From Bacillota bacterium (GTDB taxonomy: Bacteria > Bacillota > UBA994 > UBA5500), in contig JAWLDB010000004.1 in NCBI GenBank assembly GCA_041686915.1, forward strand, positions 1 through 50,781: a stretch of 50,781 nucleotides of DNA, read 5' to 3'. A program made the translations under genes and the position numbers. The notes below the pieces were generated by a model. That model did not search any database, was not told where the DNA came from, and saw only the letters and a program-made list of their open reading frames with translations. Shown here in pieces: positions 47,124-50,781 of the stretch (position 1 is the stretch's first letter; each line of letters begins with the position of its first letter).

Positions 47124-48443
47124 ATGTTTGACAGAGCACGAGCTACTATCCAGGCTCACCTGGGAGACCTAAAAGGTAACCCAGGCGGCAGCCGGTTGGA
47201 CCGTAACATCCGCTTGAACACAATGCACGGAATTCTCAACATGATGGCTATGAACATGGTAGGTCCTTTTACAGCCATCTATGCCCTCAAACTGCAGGCA
47301 ACCGATTTTCAAGTGGCGATGCTCTCCTCGGCTCCAGCCATCATCAGCTTGCTAGCCATGATCCCTGGCGGCAAGTTTGTGGACGCTCAGCCCCAGAAGA
47401 AACGGGTAACTGCGGCGTTTTTCCTGGCACATCGCCTGTTCTGGCTGGTGATGGCCATGATTCCTCTCTTCTCAAATGACCTGCGAGCGACTCTCCTGGT
47501 TGGTCTGGTGGCCTTGATGAACCTGCCGGGAGCCATAAGCAACGTGGCCTGGCAGGGGTTCATTGGCAAGATAGTCCCACAGGAGAAGCGGGCTGATGCC
47601 TTTGCGACACGCAGCCGGGCGATGAACATCGCTGGCACCGCTATGGTGCTGGTGGCTGGCCGGGCCTTGGACATGATGTCCTTCCCGATTGGGTACCAAA
47701 TCATGTTCACTTGCGCCTTTCTCTTGGCACTCTGCGAAATCTGGGTGTTTAGCAGAATAGAAGAAGATGCCCCTATTGAACAAAAGTCGGCCGATAATCG
47801 GGGATTCTGGCGGGGTTTCTTTAGCTCTCTGGTAACTGACCTGCGCGAAATGTGGAAGGCGCATAGGTTTGTTCGCTACACAGCAGCATCCATCTTCTTT
47901 TACTTTGCATGGCAGATCCCATGGCCGCTTTTTTCGCTCTACCAGATTAAAGAGCTCGGTGCAAACAATATGTGGGTAAGTATCCTTAGCCTGACAAATA
48001 CCGGCGGCTCTCTGGTAGGTTATGGTTTCTGGGCCAGGTACATGAACAAGCACGGAACTTTCAAGACATTGTTCGCCTCAACCGTGGGTATCTTCATCGT
48101 TCCGTTGGCCTATGCCTTCTCCAAGAGCCTGTTGACTGTAGCGTTTTTCAACCTGATTACCGGTGCCATCTTTTCCGGCGTAAACCTGGCTTTGTTTAAT
48201 GCGTTGCTGGAAGTAACTCCTGACGAGCGCCGCACTACTTACATCGCGTACTATACGACCATCGTCAATACTGCCACAATCTTTGCACCGCTGACAGGTG
48301 TTACGCTGCTCCGGCTGCTCGGGTTTCGCTGGGCGTTCATCGTTGCTGCTGCCTTCCGCTTTTCCGGCAGCCTGTGCTTCCTCTGGATCAGCCGCTTGGA
48401 AGCTAGGGACAGACAGCAAGGCATGGGAGAAGCAACCGCATAG
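47124..48443 (+). CDS. MFS transporter (paralog of 32230-33510)
   Basis: Shares LDRN.R.N, MIPG, RA.AFATR, FPIG.Q, WPLF..YQ..ELGA and FN.LLEV.P...RT.YIAY with the 32230 protein. Confidence 0.9.
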   Translation: MFDRARATIQAHLGDLKGNPGGSRLDRNIRLNTMHGILNMMAMNMVGPFTAIYALKLQATDFQVAMLSSAPAIISLLAMIPGGKFVDAQPQKKRVTAAFFLAHRLFWLVMAMIPLFSNDLRATLLVGLVALMNLPGAISNVAWQGFIGKIVPQEKRADAFATRSRAMNIAGTAMVLVAGRALDMMSFPIGYQIMFTCAFLLALCEIWVFSRIEEDAPIEQKSADNRGFWRGFFSSLVTDLREMWKAHRFVRYTAASIFFYFAWQIPWPLFSLYQIKELGANNMWVSILSLTNTGGSLVGYGFWARYMNKHGTFKTLFASTVGIFIVPLAYAFSKSLLTVAFFNLITGAIFSGVNLALFNALLEVTPDERRTTYIAYYTTIVNTATIFAPLTGVTLLRLLGFRWAFIVAAAFRFSGSLCFLWISRLEARDRQQGMGEATA

Positions 48444-48479
48444 GTTATCTATTACCCCGCCCTTCGGCGGGGTTTTCAC

Positions 48480-48509
48480 TTGTCATTCGCACGTATGTTC
48501 GATTAGAAT
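48480..48509 (+). promoter_or_regulatory. Sigma-A promoter with an embedded LexA (SOS/Cheo) box
   Basis: TTGTCA-N18-TAGAAT, with CGCAC-GTAT-GTTCG (48488-48501) in the spacer; one mismatch to CGAAC-N4-GTTCG. Confidence 0.6.
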
Positions 48510-48548
48510 ATACTTGGAAGTTTTCACCGGAAAGTGGGGGAGGAGAGC

Positions 48549-49334
48549 ATGGCTAAAGAACTGTTGTACCTCTATTTTGGGCAGCAATGCCCGGGGGCCT
48601 ATATGGGAGAGCAAGCCAGGCTGGCAGCTGAGCTCCTGGAGCTGCCATACCGGGCTGTAGACATCAGTGACCGACCAGACCTCTGTGAGCAGTATAGTTT
48701 GTTTTTCCCCGGCACCATTGTGATAGACGACTTCCAGCTGGTCTATCCGGGGAAGCCTGAACAGATTGCGGAAAGTTACCGTAGAAGAGGCCCCATTCCT
48801 GGACAACAGCACTATCAGCCGATGCCGGCAGGAGAGGTTGAGCAAGTGGAACCACTGATCCCTGGCACTGCAGGCAAGGCCTTTAGGATCTGCATCCCAT
48901 CGCTGGGCTGTGCCGATGTAGAGCAAAAGACAAGCTGGTTGCAGAAGTACCCAAAAGCAAACCAGTTTGCCGGTTTGATCGGTTACGCTGGGGGCAGACC
49001 TGCCGGGTTTGTTGAAGTGCTGCCCGAAACAGCGATACCGTATGCAATTGGCGAGAAGCATGATAACCGGGCGTTTATCACCTGCCTCTACAGCCCGATT
49101 GAATGGGGATTGGATCGGGACTACCGAGCCAGCTTGGTAGGGCGCCTATTAAACGAACTCAAAGGGCGCGGCTATGAAGCGGTGTCGGTAATCAGCGGGG
49201 TGGAGACGCCTTATCCGAACGGGCCGGAGTGCGTCCTGAGTCCACTGGGCTTCAAACGGGTTAGACAAATGGGTAGCGCCACCTTGCGTCACAAGCAGGA
49301 AGCAGCCTGGCTGCTGCGCTGCAGTCTCGCCTGA
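48549..49334 (+). CDS. Uncharacterised protein: thioredoxin-like N-terminus (QCP) and GNAT-like C-terminus
   Basis: YFGQQCP...VDIS...FPGTIVID, then GFVEVLP and AFITCLYS. RBS GGAGGAG. Confidence 0.65.
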   Translation: MAKELLYLYFGQQCPGAYMGEQARLAAELLELPYRAVDISDRPDLCEQYSLFFPGTIVIDDFQLVYPGKPEQIAESYRRRGPIPGQQHYQPMPAGEVEQVEPLIPGTAGKAFRICIPSLGCADVEQKTSWLQKYPKANQFAGLIGYAGGRPAGFVEVLPETAIPYAIGEKHDNRAFITCLYSPIEWGLDRDYRASLVGRLLNELKGRGYEAVSVISGVETPYPNGPECVLSPLGFKRVRQMGSATLRHKQEAAWLLRCSLA

Positions 49335-49356
49335 ACTCAAGAGAGTAGCAAACATA

Positions 49357-49393
49357 AAAAGGAACCCTGGCATCTCCTGCCAGGGTTCCTTTT
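49357..49393. terminator. Bidirectional intrinsic terminator
   Basis: AAAAGGAACCCTGGCA / TGCCAGGGTTCCTTTT. Confidence 0.88.
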
Positions 49394-49400
49394 ATGTGGC

Positions 49401-50781
49401 TTACGGTGTATCTGACCTTTGCTGCAGATTACTGATCAACTGCTCAAGTTGTTCGAGCAGTCGCCCATACTCCGCCCAATCGCCGTTTTGCTGCGCCTGC
49501 AGCGCTGACTGATAGGTCTGGCTGATTCTGTTCGCCAGGTCTTTGAGCGTTTCGTCACCGGCCGGTGGCTCACCCGGCTGACCCGGCTGAGTAGGCGTGG
49601 TTGGCCTGCCCAACACAGCTGCGATAGCCTCGCCCAGTGTCGGGCGCATAGCGACAGCATCCTTGGTGGCCACAATCACTCGCTTCAGCTCCGGCAAGCT
49701 GTTATTGGAAGCGAGGATGTATACGGGCTCTACATACATGATGGTATCGCCTACCGGGATAACCAACAGGTTACCCCGCACCACTTGCGACCCACTCTGG
49801 TTCCAAAGCGTCATACTGGACGATATATCGGTGTCCTGGTCTATACGGGCCTCGATCTGCATCGGACCTTGTATAACCGTCTCCTTAGGAAAACGGTAGA
49901 GAGCGATCTCTCCATAGTTTTCGGCATCGTTGCGAGCAGCCATCCATGCAATCATGTTGTGCTTAGGGTTCTCGGCTGTGCCGGCAGGAGTGAGTGGCAG
50001 TACTAGCACAAACTCCTCGGAACCTTCTGGCTCACCTGGCAGGCTCATGACCATGTAATAGGGCATGACTGTCTGGACGTTGTTTTGGAACTTCTCCTGC
50101 GGAAGTCTCCAGAGATCTTCTTTGTTATAGAAGAGAGTCGGATCCTCCATGTGGTAGACATTCAACACATTTGCCTGGGTGAGCAAGAACTGTTCAGGAT
50201 ACCTCAAGTGGTTCTGCAGGTTCTCAGGCATTTGCTTGAGCGGTTTCAGCAGGTCAGGGAAAATCTTGCCGAGGGTATTGGCAATCGGATCTTCCATATC
50301 CACCTGATAGAAGTTGACCGTCCCGTTATACGCGTCGACGACCACCTTCACCGAGTTGCGAATGTAGTTGGTACCGTTGGTGCCCAGCGGTTCTGAGTAC
50401 GGGAACCAGCTGGAAGTAGTGTATGCATCGATAATCCAGTAGACCTGGCCATCGGCAATCACCGCATAGGGGTCGTTCTCGTAAGTCAAGAAGGGAGCGA
50501 TTGTACGCACGCGATCCATAATGTTCCGGTGAATGAGCACACGGCTCTCCGGGGTGATGCTGTCTGCCAGGAACAGGTTAGCAGTGCGCAGCCTTAAAGC
50601 AAACATCAACTTGTTGAACAGGTTGAGTTTGAGGCCATCGGTACCTTGGTAAACTGTCGTGGCGTTGGCTTCGCTACCCTGCGGGTAGTCAAATTCTGGC
50701 GTCTTCGTGTTAACAATCGCGTAGTTGTTGGTCAGTTCACCAAAGTAAATCTGTGGCTGACTGAGCTGCAGCTCTTCGGCG
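49401..50781 (-). CDS. UPF0182 family membrane protein, 5' part outside the window
   Basis: APFL..DPY, WIIDAYTTS, NYIRNSVKVVVDAYNG, HLRYP, GNLLVIP and YVEPVY..LPELKRV. Confidence 0.92.
   Translation of the reverse strand, partial: AEELQLSQPQIYFGELTNNYAIVNTKTPEFDYPQGSEANATTVYQGTDGLKLNLFNKLMFALRLRTANLFLADSITPESRVLIHRNIMDRVRTIAPFLTYENDPYAVIADGQVYWIIDAYTTSSWFPYSEPLGTNGTNYIRNSVKVVVDAYNGTVNFYQVDMEDPIANTLGKIFPDLLKPLKQMPENLQNHLRYPEQFLLTQANVLNVYHMEDPTLFYNKEDLWRLPQEKFQNNVQTVMPYYMVMSLPGEPEGSEEFVLVLPLTPAGTAENPKHNMIAWMAARNDAENYGEIALYRFPKETVIQGPMQIEARIDQDTDISSSMTLWNQSGSQVVRGNLLVIPVGDTIMYVEPVYILASNNSLPELKRVIVATKDAVAMRPTLGEAIAAVLGRPTTPTQPGQPGEPPAGDETLKDLANRISQTYQSALQAQQNGDWAEYGRLLEQLEQLISNLQQRSDTP

Overview
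A 50.8-kb chromosomal window from a spore-forming, probably anaerobic Bacillota (Firmicutes) genome, inferred from the ger operon, YheC/D proteins, sporulation-kinase-like PAS histidine kinases and a flavodiiron protein. It holds about 43 mostly housekeeping or accessory genes: ric with a Crp/Fnr regulator, AbgB/AbgA-like amidohydrolases, a triple-FMN RnfG-like protein, NamZ, an ECF sigma/anti-sigma pair, a gerA-C-B operon with two frameshifts, TPP riboswitch-thiE-thiC, TldD/PmbA, several MFS/MATE/DMT transporters, FprA and a partial UPF0182 gene. I found no rRNA, tRNA, CRISPR array or transposase. The top finding is a gene missing from the ORF track at 39031-39306 (+). It has its own sigma-A promoter, RBS and terminator, and its frame contains two adjacent in-frame TGA codons followed by a SECIS-like hairpin. 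It is therefore a candidate tandem Sec-Sec (UU) selenoprotein. Other findings are GTAG-type REP-like palindromes at two loci, many SigH-like promoters, a class II Crp/Fnr promoter for ric, an SOS box on an uncharacterised gene, and OmpR/PhoP/WalR-type repeat arrays. All family calls come from motif recognition by eye; no searches were run.
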